Virus record (IMG/VR): IMGVR_UViG_3300029305_005257
Coordinates: 4,853-68,852 of that record
Length of the DNA: 64,000 nucleotides
DNA from: a virus
Taxonomy: Duplodnaviria > Caudoviricetes
Reading direction: 5' to 3' (one strand)
The stretch's first letter is position 1. Each line of letters begins with the position of its first letter. Made by a program: the position numbers and the translations under genes. Shown piece by piece: positions 39,296 through 48,700 of this stretch. The notes beneath the pieces are model-generated. The model searched no databases. It saw only the letters and a program-made list of their open reading frames with translations, and was not told the origin of the DNA.

Positions 39296-39943
39296 TTATG
39301 ATTTGGTTTCATCATTTTCTTTAATATGATCATCCACAAATTTTTCTACCATTCTAGTTACCAAATCATATACTTTAGTTAAAGATACATAGTGCCTAAT
39401 AAGAGTATTATAATCACCATTAGAGAATTTCTCAATTAACACATTATTAGTGATGGTTATCATATCATCAAAACATTTTATAATTTTATGATAATCGTCA
39501 TGATATTCACCATTAACATGATTACTGAATTTTTGTTCGAATGCATCTCTACTAAGATTCATTATTGCTAAAAGTTTTCTTGTATTTTTATGGACATTTA
39601 CTTTCTTCTGATATTCCAACTCAGTATTGTCAGAATTATCATCTACAGGTTGTGATTCATCAACCATTTCCTCTCCTTCAACTGATTCTTCTTCGACATA
39701 TTCTTCTCCCTCTGAAGGAATTTCTTCGTTGGTTGTTTCTTCCACTGGCTGTTCTTCCTCATTATACGTATCTTCTCCATCTGATGGAGTATTCATGTTT
39801 TCTTCAATAGAAGGATCTCCTGCACTATTTATACGTTCATTTTCTGCTTCGACTTCAGATAGAATATCGGATTCTACTGGTGCTTCATACGCACCAGTTA
39901 GGTCTATCCCGATCATACCGTAAAACTTTTCATAAACACTCAT
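39296..39943 (-). CDS. Acidic head-associated protein (215 aa), possibly scaffold-like
   Basis: Very acidic N-half with an AYEA site, directly upstream of the capsid gene. Confidence 0.5.
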   Translation of the reverse strand: MSVYEKFYGMIGIDLTGAYEAPVESDILSEVEAENERINSAGDPSIEENMNTPSDGEDTYNEEEQPVEETTNEEIPSEGEEYVEEESVEGEEMVDESQPVDDNSDNTELEYQKKVNVHKNTRKLLAIMNLSRDAFEQKFSNHVNGEYHDDYHKIIKCFDDMITITNNVLIEKFSNGDYNTLIRHYVSLTKVYDLVTRMVEKFVDDHIKENDETKS

Positions 39944-41844
39944 TCTCGTATAGACCTCCTTCTTTGTTTTAGTTCATCCTTTACCAGACCTGCTGCTTCA
40001 TATGGAACACCCATACCGATTCTTATTTTTGCTCTTGCATTTTCTAGTTCTTTTTTAATCCTCATTAATTTATACTTCTCTTTTCTTTTGTGATCGCCTT
40101 TGGCGTCTTCAATTTTTTCCTCGCAGATTTCAATTTCTGAATCTAGTTCTTGGATAATCATTTTCTTTTCTTTATTTGTAGCTTTCTTTTTCAGGCAATG
40201 TCTTACTATCAATGCTAGAACACCTTTTACCTTACCAAATGTACTAAATACTAATCCAATACCAAAGATTTTTTTCAATACACCTAATACTGTGTATTGT
40301 TTACCTTCGATAATTTCGGTTCTCGTATCTCCAATTACTAAATTCTTTAAAGCCTTTGCCCAACTAGTAAGTGTTACGTCAATTTGACCTTCCCTATCTC
40401 TAAAACTTTTGTATTTGTTGAAAGATCTTCTAGCAAATTTATCAAGACCAACGGTTCTTGATATTCTTCTACTTATTTTACTTTCAATTGCTTCCTCTTC
40501 TTCAATATCGTAAAAATCATCATTATCTTCATCGAAATTGTTAATAAAAAGAGACATTTCTTCATTTATAAAATCAATACTTTCTTGAGATGGTTCATGG
40601 TCAATTTTAGCTTTCTTTTCATATAAAGAAATAACTGGATGAATATAAGTGCCAGGATTCGTTCCTAAAGACACTAAAGCATTTAATACAAAAGATTTTG
40701 TCACTTTAGGATCTACTTTATATACATCTGAAATTACCTTGCAATATGCAAGTAAGTTATCCACAATCTTACTTATAATCTCTTTAGGACTATATTCATC
40801 TAATTCCAAATTAGCTACAGTATAAGTGTAAATTCTAATGGCTTCTTTATAGACAATATATGCATCTTCACCATAGTATTTTAATCCTAAGCTCTCTGCT
40901 ACATTGATTTCCTTTTTCTTTGTAAAAAGATTATTTGTACAATATAACATGTGCATTATAGTGTTCATTCTATGCTCAAAATCACCTGAAAAAGTGTTAT
41001 TTATATTACCGATGACTGTATATATACATCCTTCTATATCTTCTTTACCACTTTCTATTTCTGTGTAGATATCTCGTATCTTCTCTGTTAACTTTGTACA
41101 TATAACATCTTCAGCTTGTCGTTTATATAAAGTAAAATTGGAGAGATTAGGACTCATTATTGTGGATACTGGAGGTAAAATACTTGCAATAGCTGATACT
41201 AGAGCATCATGATCGATAAGTATTTCATATTTATCGCTGAGACCATCCGGATTTAAGAAATTGATAACGGCTTCTTTATATTCAGGATATAAATTCCAAT
41301 ACTTGTCTATGGTTGCAGGAGTAGATAACATAAGTAAAAAAGGAATGATAATTTCTTTGCCAATGCTATAATACCTACTATCTTCAGATAAACAATCATT
41401 ATCTTTCACATTATATAATCCTGATAAATTTAGAGGTTTTCCTTTAAATTTGTTAGTCATATCTCCAAAGAACCAAAAAGCATATGCTTGTATTACTTTT
41501 ATATAGTGCTCTATAGTTGATTCATAAGAACTCAAGAATAAAGATTCATTTCGATAATATTGGTTTATTGAATCGTTTTCATTACTTGAAGATATTTTCT
41601 CACAATATTCAATAGGCTCTTTTACTAATTGATAGATTAAATCAATATGAAGCTCATTGGTATGAGGAAGATTATTGATTACTTCACAGATAATCTTTTC
41701 ATATTTAGGAATACATTTTATATGTACTAAAATGAAATTTGCCATTTCATTCATACTTTTAATTTTTCTAATATTCTGATACAAAGCACCTGGACTGTCG
41801 ACTTCAGTATTGATATAGACAGAATTAGATTGTACATAATTCAA
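39940..41844 (-). CDS. Probable virion protein (634 aa) with a basic, hydrophobic C-terminal domain
   Basis: TTG start behind AAAGGAGG. An acidic linker ending EAIES precedes a basic domain with VLGVLKKIFGIGLVFSTFGKVKGVLALIV and ELDSEIEICEEKIEDA. Confidence 0.6.
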   Translation of the reverse strand: MNYVQSNSVYINTEVDSPGALYQNIRKIKSMNEMANFILVHIKCIPKYEKIICEVINNLPHTNELHIDLIYQLVKEPIEYCEKISSSNENDSINQYYRNESLFLSSYESTIEHYIKVIQAYAFWFFGDMTNKFKGKPLNLSGLYNVKDNDCLSEDSRYYSIGKEIIIPFLLMLSTPATIDKYWNLYPEYKEAVINFLNPDGLSDKYEILIDHDALVSAIASILPPVSTIMSPNLSNFTLYKRQAEDVICTKLTEKIRDIYTEIESGKEDIEGCIYTVIGNINNTFSGDFEHRMNTIMHMLYCTNNLFTKKKEINVAESLGLKYYGEDAYIVYKEAIRIYTYTVANLELDEYSPKEIISKIVDNLLAYCKVISDVYKVDPKVTKSFVLNALVSLGTNPGTYIHPVISLYEKKAKIDHEPSQESIDFINEEMSLFINNFDEDNDDFYDIEEEEAIESKISRRISRTVGLDKFARRSFNKYKSFRDREGQIDVTLTSWAKALKNLVIGDTRTEIIEGKQYTVLGVLKKIFGIGLVFSTFGKVKGVLALIVRHCLKKKATNKEKKMIIQELDSEIEICEEKIEDAKGDHKRKEKYKLMRIKKELENARAKIRIGMGVPYEAAGLVKDELKQRRRSIRE

Positions 41845-41979
41845 TATACTCTCCTCCTTTCATATAAGCTATTAATAACGTTCGCTATATCAACCTATTA
41901 GCGAACTATTTAATAATTAGTTCGGGTATTGTATACAGCATACTCATAATAGATTATATAGAAAGATGGGTGATTTAAT

Positions 41980-42840
41980 ATGTTTAATGTACCAGGAGGA
42001 AATCCTGATTCTATTTTAGAATACTGTGTATTGATGGAATCTGTATCTGAACCATCCATAGAAATCATTTCGGACAAAGGGGGTACCAATTCCAAACAGG
42101 AAACAGTTAACTTTTTAAGATTTAAGTCTAAAATGCAAAGTTTTGGTAAGAGAACCTTAAATGGTAGACTATGGCCTGTACAATATATGAAAAAAATGAT
42201 GACTGCACCTATTCCTACTAGAATGCTTAAAAAACGTGGAGGTATTCCAGGTGAAGCAGGTCATCCAGTACCAGATAGTGGTAAAGTAACACTTGAGCGT
42301 ATAATGACTATCGATCCAGAAAGAATATGCTTCGTTGCTAGAGAATATGAATGGGATGGAGATAAGGCTGTATATGCTATATTAGATACTATTGATGATG
42401 GTCCTAGTGGTCCAGGTAATAAATTAAGAAAAAGAATTTTACAGGGCATTGTGCCTGGATTTTCAGTAAGATGTGTAGTACCACAAAAAAGAAATGCCGA
42501 TGGTACTATTGATGTTATCGGTGAAGGTAATTTTGTATGTCATGATAATGTTATTATCGACGCATGTGAAGATTGTTATATGACCGAGGGTGTACCAATC
42601 AAAGAAATTGTAAAATCTACGGATGTTCAATTTGCAACAGAATCTTTCACAAATATGTTATTTGAGACTTCTGAGAAAGTACAACGAATTGCATATGATT
42701 TATATCCAGCACTTGAATCTGCTACTATGGATAAAAATGGTATTTTATCAGTAAAAACAGAAAAGTCTGGTACTATCTTTTTAGCACCTGAAGCTAAATA
42801 TCGTAGAGAGTATAAAGATATTTTAAATAGTTTTATGTAG
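41980..42840 (+). CDS. Prohead (capsid maturation) protease, T4 gp21-like
   Basis: RTLNGRLWP, GEAGHP (His), GFSVR (Ser). C-terminal ATES and ALES sites suggest autoprocessing. Confidence 0.85.
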   Translation: MFNVPGGNPDSILEYCVLMESVSEPSIEIISDKGGTNSKQETVNFLRFKSKMQSFGKRTLNGRLWPVQYMKKMMTAPIPTRMLKKRGGIPGEAGHPVPDSGKVTLERIMTIDPERICFVAREYEWDGDKAVYAILDTIDDGPSGPGNKLRKRILQGIVPGFSVRCVVPQKRNADGTIDVIGEGNFVCHDNVIIDACEDCYMTEGVPIKEIVKSTDVQFATESFTNMLFETSEKVQRIAYDLYPALESATMDKNGILSVKTEKSGTIFLAPEAKYRREYKDILNSFM

Positions 42841-42964
42841 ATAATAGAGAGAAGTATGAATAAACTACTTCTCTCTATTTTATTTCTCATTATGAAGATA
42901 TATCATTTTAGTGTAGAACTAACACTACATTACAATATTTTACTTTAAAAGGAGGGTCAATTAT

Positions 42965-43381
42965 ATGAAAATTGACAAAGTTATTATCGGTGCAGGTATT
43001 GGAGTAGCATGCGTTACAGGAGCTGTAGTTGCGAAATATGTTAAAAGAATCAATACTAGACTTAGATGTATCAATAGTATGCAGAGTGATATGTGTGGAT
43101 ATCTTGATTCAATTGCAGAAAATGCTGAAGGACTCTATAATTTTGCAGATCGTAATGAGGCTTTAACAAAGGAATTAGTTGATGCTGTAAACAAGATTGA
43201 GATTCATACAGGTGCTATTGCCGCTCAAATGGATAAATTAAATAAATCAGTTTCTGTATTTACAAATTTATTTGAAGATGATGAAGACGACGATATGGAA
43301 ACTCTTATTGACGAAGTCAAAGAAGAGTATGAAGAGGAAATTACAGAATACAATGATGAATCTTTTTCAGACAATGAATAG
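42965..43381 (+). CDS. Membrane-anchored coiled-coil protein (138 aa)
   Basis: Hydrophobic VIIGAGIGVACVTGAVVA, heptad region, acidic tail. Confidence 0.7.
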   Translation: MKIDKVIIGAGIGVACVTGAVVAKYVKRINTRLRCINSMQSDMCGYLDSIAENAEGLYNFADRNEALTKELVDAVNKIEIHTGAIAAQMDKLNKSVSVFTNLFEDDEDDDMETLIDEVKEEYEEEITEYNDESFSDNE

Positions 43382-43393
43382 ATAATAAATTAA

Positions 43394-43424
43394 TATGGTG
43401 GGTAATATGATTACCCACCATATT
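43394..43424 (+). terminator. Terminator
   Basis: atatggtgggtaat-atg-attacccaccatat. Confidence 0.75.
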
Positions 43425-43431
43425 TAATACC

Positions 43432-43462
43432 CGTAAATATTTCTTTTTGCATTATATATGAT
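43432..43462 (+). promoter_or_regulatory. Putative early promoter
   Basis: CGTAAATatttctttttgcatTATATATGAT. Confidence 0.65.
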
Positions 43463-43541
43463 AAATATGAGTGTAAGGACCATTAGAGTGGATAAGTTAT
43501 ATTGTATAACAAAGAGACCTTATATACGAGAGGAGAAAAAT

Positions 43542-44003
43542 ATGTATAACAGAATTCAGGCGCATGTATTAGGAACAATGAGATGGGCAAAAATGGGTAG
43601 TAGAAAAGTAAAAGCTAACTTATCAAAACCCGAAATTGTTAATGTGGTAAATATAGCTATCAGATATGAATGTGACATGTTTGTTGATAGTTGTATAGTG
43701 AGAATCAATAATGTAGCTGTACTCGCATGTTATCCGGACACTGTTCATAATCAAAGACCATCGACAACTGCTTTAAAGATGGGTATTATCGAGGCTTGGA
43801 ATACCGGACTGGTCGATGGTAAATATTTTGACAAACCGAACGCAGATAGAGATGTTATATCTGATAAATTCTTAGAATTAATTAAAAAATATGATTCAAA
43901 AGAGAATCATCTTAAAGATATTCTCGGAAACATAAGTCTTCATTGTAATATGGAATATAAAGGGAAATTGAGTAGTGATAATAAATTGGTCGCAATAGAT
44001 TAA
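43542..44003 (+). CDS. Hypothetical protein (153 aa)
   Basis: Start moved to 43542 behind GAGGAG. Confidence 0.7.
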   Translation: MYNRIQAHVLGTMRWAKMGSRKVKANLSKPEIVNVVNIAIRYECDMFVDSCIVRINNVAVLACYPDTVHNQRPSTTALKMGIIEAWNTGLVDGKYFDKPNADRDVISDKFLELIKKYDSKENHLKDILGNISLHCNMEYKGKLSSDNKLVAID

Positions 44004-44193
44004 GATGTCATTGCTCAGTTTCAAGGGGAGCCCTGTCTCCCCTTTTTTATTTCTTTATTTTTTCGTAAGTATTTATTCTTTAAAAAATATATTGTTTATA
44101 TGATAATAAGAAAGATGGATATGTAATCTTTCGAACTTATCAAAAGATAAATTTGCAGTCCCCATTCTGAGTAAGGGGAGAGAGGAGATCAAT

Positions 44194-44361
44194 ATGAGAA
44201 GAGAATTGAAAAAAATAACCAAACGAATGAATGCGATTCAAGAGGTATGCGATAAGTGTATAACACCTTTTGGTGCTTGTTCAAAGTGTACTCTTGGAAA
44301 AGAGTACTTAGAGCTTTTCGATAAAGCCGAAATTATCGAAAAAGAAATTTTGAGAGCCTAG
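44194..44361 (+). CDS. Small zinc-finger-like protein (55 aa), not in the ORF track
   Basis: MRRELKKITKRMNAIQEVCDKCITPFGACSKCTLGKEYLELFDKAEIIEKEILRA, GAGGAG RBS, CxxC-x6-CxxC. Confidence 0.65.
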   Translation: MRRELKKITKRMNAIQEVCDKCITPFGACSKCTLGKEYLELFDKAEIIEKEILRA

Positions 44362-44421
44362 AGCTCTCTTTTTTTCTTTTATTTTTGACATTTTTATAAA
44401 ATCTATAATAGGAGGTATTAT

Positions 44422-45648
44422 ATGGATTTTAAAAAGTATAAAGTATCAATATGTAGGTATTTAGTAACTAAGTGCTATATATCTTCTCCTAATTTATCTT
44501 CGTTATATTCTGTACCGGTACAGAATATTGAAGAGATTATACTAGATAATGATTATGAGCACTATTATTATCCTTACTTTCAAATAAATATGCAATTACC
44601 ATCGTTTGTCGAAAGAGCTATAAAAAAGAGTCCTCTCGATATTCATATTGATTTTGCGATGCAAGTACAATATTACTCAGATAGAACTGGTCAATCGTAT
44701 GTAGAAGATTCGGTGCATAAATTTATAGAAGGGAAATATATTGCGTATATAGAAAAACAGGACAGATCCTTATTAGATTCCCAGATGGAAGAATTGGAAG
44801 ATTCGTTAGGATATTCTGTTAAGCAAACCGACATTCATAATATGGAATCTTGTAAATTTACTTTATATAACGAGAGTTTAATAGATAACTTAGATACCGT
44901 AGTTAATGCAATTGTAAGTAATGATACTCTTGTAAATATATTAGCATTTGTGTTAACTAAGGCTAATATATCGAATGTATTACTTAGTCCACCTACTAAT
45001 AATAAGAGATATTGTGAATTTAAGTTACCACCACTAAGAGCATATGAACACATTGAAAGAATTTGTCATAATTATGGACTCCATTCTAACGGAACGTTAA
45101 TTTATCACGGATTAGATAGATCATATATTATTGATAAATCCCCTAAGTGTACAGCTTATACAACTAATGAATATCAGACAACTCATCTGTATTATCAGGG
45201 TGGTAGTAATAATGTAGTTAATACCGGATGTGCTAAAAGTAATATAGAAAAAGCTAATTTATTACTTATTCAACCTACCACTTTTAAATTTAGTGATTTA
45301 AGTGTAGCTGCATATCATTCTATGTCAGACGATATAGTTGCATTAGATCCTTTAAATATGGATGAGTGTAAAGGTGGGAATAAGAGTGATTATGCCGTTA
45401 TGATTGGAGGAGATGATACTACTTCTGCTATTAAGAAAGCTACTTCTTCGTATAGTAAGGTAGTTCATATGGGATTTGGTAGTATAGATCTAAATATGCT
45501 TACGCCAAATAAACACTTTTTACTAACACTAGAAGATATAAAGTATAAAAAATATACAGGCTCTTATATGCTTACTAAATCTACTACTAGTTTTTCAAAA
45601 GATGGCATCTATTTTAATCCTATAACTACTTGCGTATTTAAATGTTAA
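44422..45648 (+). CDS. Putative baseplate hub/tail protein (408 aa)
   Basis: The C-terminal LTPNKHF...YTGSYMLTK...F pattern and the size resemble gp27-like hub proteins. Late-type promoter upstream. Confidence 0.45.
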   Translation: MDFKKYKVSICRYLVTKCYISSPNLSSLYSVPVQNIEEIILDNDYEHYYYPYFQINMQLPSFVERAIKKSPLDIHIDFAMQVQYYSDRTGQSYVEDSVHKFIEGKYIAYIEKQDRSLLDSQMEELEDSLGYSVKQTDIHNMESCKFTLYNESLIDNLDTVVNAIVSNDTLVNILAFVLTKANISNVLLSPPTNNKRYCEFKLPPLRAYEHIERICHNYGLHSNGTLIYHGLDRSYIIDKSPKCTAYTTNEYQTTHLYYQGGSNNVVNTGCAKSNIEKANLLLIQPTTFKFSDLSVAAYHSMSDDIVALDPLNMDECKGGNKSDYAVMIGGDDTTSAIKKATSSYSKVVHMGFGSIDLNMLTPNKHFLLTLEDIKYKKYTGSYMLTKSTTSFSKDGIYFNPITTCVFKC

Positions 45649-45659
45649 ATCAGGGGATA

Positions 45660-45693
45660 AAAAAGATCAGGATAATTGTTTATCCTGATCTTT
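45660..45693. terminator. Bidirectional terminator
   Basis: aaaagatcaggataa-ttgt-ttatcctgatctttt. Confidence 0.85.
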
Positions 45694-45777
45694 TCGTTTC
45701 CTGTCTAATACATTAAAATGGCAAATAGGATCTAACCGTAATTAGGTTATATCTAAGTTATCGGATATTAAATTTGA

Positions 45778-48700
45778 TTAAATCACATCGGAAATAATCA
45801 TATCTAAATCAGATAAAGCATCTTCTGTTTCAGAACGCAATTCGTAATATGCTTCTACTGCTGCAATGTGTTCTGGGTTGTTTTCAGAATCAATTAATTC
45901 ACCATTTTCATCTAAACCTACTTCTCTTAAATAATTTTTGTATGCTTCAGCAATATAAGATTCTTCTGCCGCATCTTCAGATTCTGGTTTAGATTTTTTA
46001 TTGATCTTATTTCTTGTACCATCAATCTTCTTTAAGATATTTTCGATTTCGTTTCGATAATTATCTTTGAATTTATTAAGAGCTTTTTCTGATACTGCTT
46101 TCTTCTTAGAAAATTCACAATATTCATCTGCACTTAAAGAAGAGATATTATCAATAACTTCTCTACAAGCATGAGCTGCTGTATTTAAGGAATCTGTAGC
46201 TTCCTTATACTTCTTAGCTTTATAATATTTAGCTGCTGCTTTATTACTGGAATTAATCTGAGCCATGAGAGCGTTGTAATTAATTACCCAAGGATGTTTC
46301 TGATTCTTAATAGCACCTTCTAAAGCAACGAATAGATCATCTTCTACTTGGTCATTGATTGAAGAAATGCTTTCAAATGCAATATCGTAATCATACGGAA
46401 TATTAAGAGATAAAGATTCGATTGCTTCACTAATAATGTTTCGTGTATAGCAATATGCATCGATAAGTTCTTTATCAGAACTGATATTTGGCAAAATGTT
46501 ATCTAAATCATTAAGTACTAAGTTTAGTCTGATTACACCTTCTAGTGCAGTATCAGATGTATCATAATAGTCAAAATTATTTATAATATTAGGTATTCTA
46601 TCATTCATTATTTCAATAATAAATGACTCAATTCCATAGTTTTTACGTTCATCGATAATCTCTTTTCGATGAATTTTCAGTTTATCTACACTTTTTGTGA
46701 TTTTTTCAATATCTTTTTCAATTTGATATGCTTTTGAATCACCCATTGGGTCTTTTTTTACTTTAGCTAAGGACTGTCTGAGTTCTGACAATTTTTTCTC
46801 TTTGTCAGTTATTTCCTCATCTATGCCATTCAATACATTTAAACTTTTTTCGTTATTAGTCGCTTCTTTAAAGTTTTTCTCGAAGTTCTTATAAAATTCG
46901 TTGAGATACTTTTCAATTTCTTGCTGTATAATATTAAACTTCTTTAATAGGTTTTCGAGATCTGTTTTGTTATTTGAATCAGTATTGTTATATTCCTCCA
47001 ATAGTTCTTTTATTTTATTCATCAAACTCATTCTTTTTTCATTAAGGTTTGGAAGTAGATTATATATTTTTTTTGATTGCTCGTCTCGATTCTTACGACT
47101 TTTATTTTCCTCCGATGTGCCCACACGGTTCCCAACTAAAGTGCCAATAAATCCAATAGCGGTTAAACAATTATGAACTAATATTTCCATATTGTTACAG
47201 CTATACTTAATTGCATGTAATCCTAATGCCGAATATGTTGTCAATAAAACAGAAGCAGTAGCAGTAAGTATCTTCAGAAATCTTACTGATGATTTAGACT
47301 TATCATTATATTCAACATCTTTCATACTTTCTAAATCATTGTATAATTTTGTAATGCTTGATTTAAGCTTTGCCAATGTTTTTTGTAGATTCTTGATTTC
47401 TTTAGCGTCATCTTTATTTTCTTTTAATTTGGTGTATTTATCCTTTACTTTTTTTGCAGTATTTTCTACTACACTTCCTCCTAATTGTACTCTACCTTTA
47501 ACATCGTAGTACTTATCCTTAATTTTTCTTCCCAATGATTTAATTTTATCTTTAAAACCCTCTTCTGCTAAATATTCTTCAAATTTTTCATCAGACATGT
47601 TCAAATTAATTGCGGTTTCGATAGCAATGTTAAGTTTAGTCAACTCTGATGGAGTTAAAGATTCTAATGCAATTACATCAAAGGTATCGGAAATTCCTTC
47701 AAATAAAATATCATATCCAACTAAGCCCTCTAAAGCAGAGTATAATTTTCCAGAGAATTCATCATCATTTTCTTTGGTATTTGATAAAGATTCAATAGCA
47801 GAAGTAATATGACCTTTCTGTTCCTTATACCAAGACATCATACTATTTCTTTCTTCGTCGTCTTCGATATCAATAATCATACTTGCAAAATCATTCATAC
47901 AATCTAATGTAGATTGTAATCCTTCTAATGCCTCTTCTGGATTAATACATTCTCCATCTACATAATATTCGTTTGAAATATATCCGAGCATCTCCTGAAG
48001 ACTTTCGCCAGCCACTGCAATGTTTCTAGACTGACTAGCAGAAGAGAATTTTTCTTTCGTAGAACTTAAGAACCCTTTTTTGTTTTGTTTTGCTTCTTCT
48101 TTCTTTCTTACTCTTTCTTCATCTTGTTGCTTAAGCTTTGATAATTCTTCTTCTTTCTCATTGGAAATTTTTTCTTTACGTTGATTTTTTGCCTGTTTTA
48201 CAAGCACGCTTAAATTGTTTTTCATTTCATCGAGTGAATCATTTGTTTCCTGGATGAAATTGTTACATTTAATAATAAATTCATCTTTCTTTTTAGATAT
48301 CTCATCATCAGAATTCTTAATTAACGCATTATATTCTTCTTCTAACTCATCATATTTATCTTCAATTTTTGTTCTTGAATCTATAAAGTCAGTATTAAAT
48401 TTATTGATATAATGATTATTTAATGCTGTTTTTATTGCAGCTGAAGCTGCCGGACCTACTGTAAACATTGCAGCAATTACGGTACCATAATCTAATCCTG
48501 ATAATAATGCTGAACCAGCTATAACTTGTTTAGTTTTATCGGCAACAGCGCTACTACTGAGATTATTCTTTAATTCATCAAATAAAAACTTCCATGAAGA
48601 TAGTACTCCAGCATTAGATGATGCTTTATCTAAAGTTGAGTTAATTTTCGACGCTTTATTTAATCCAGTTACAACTAATAAACCACCTAAACCACTAAGT

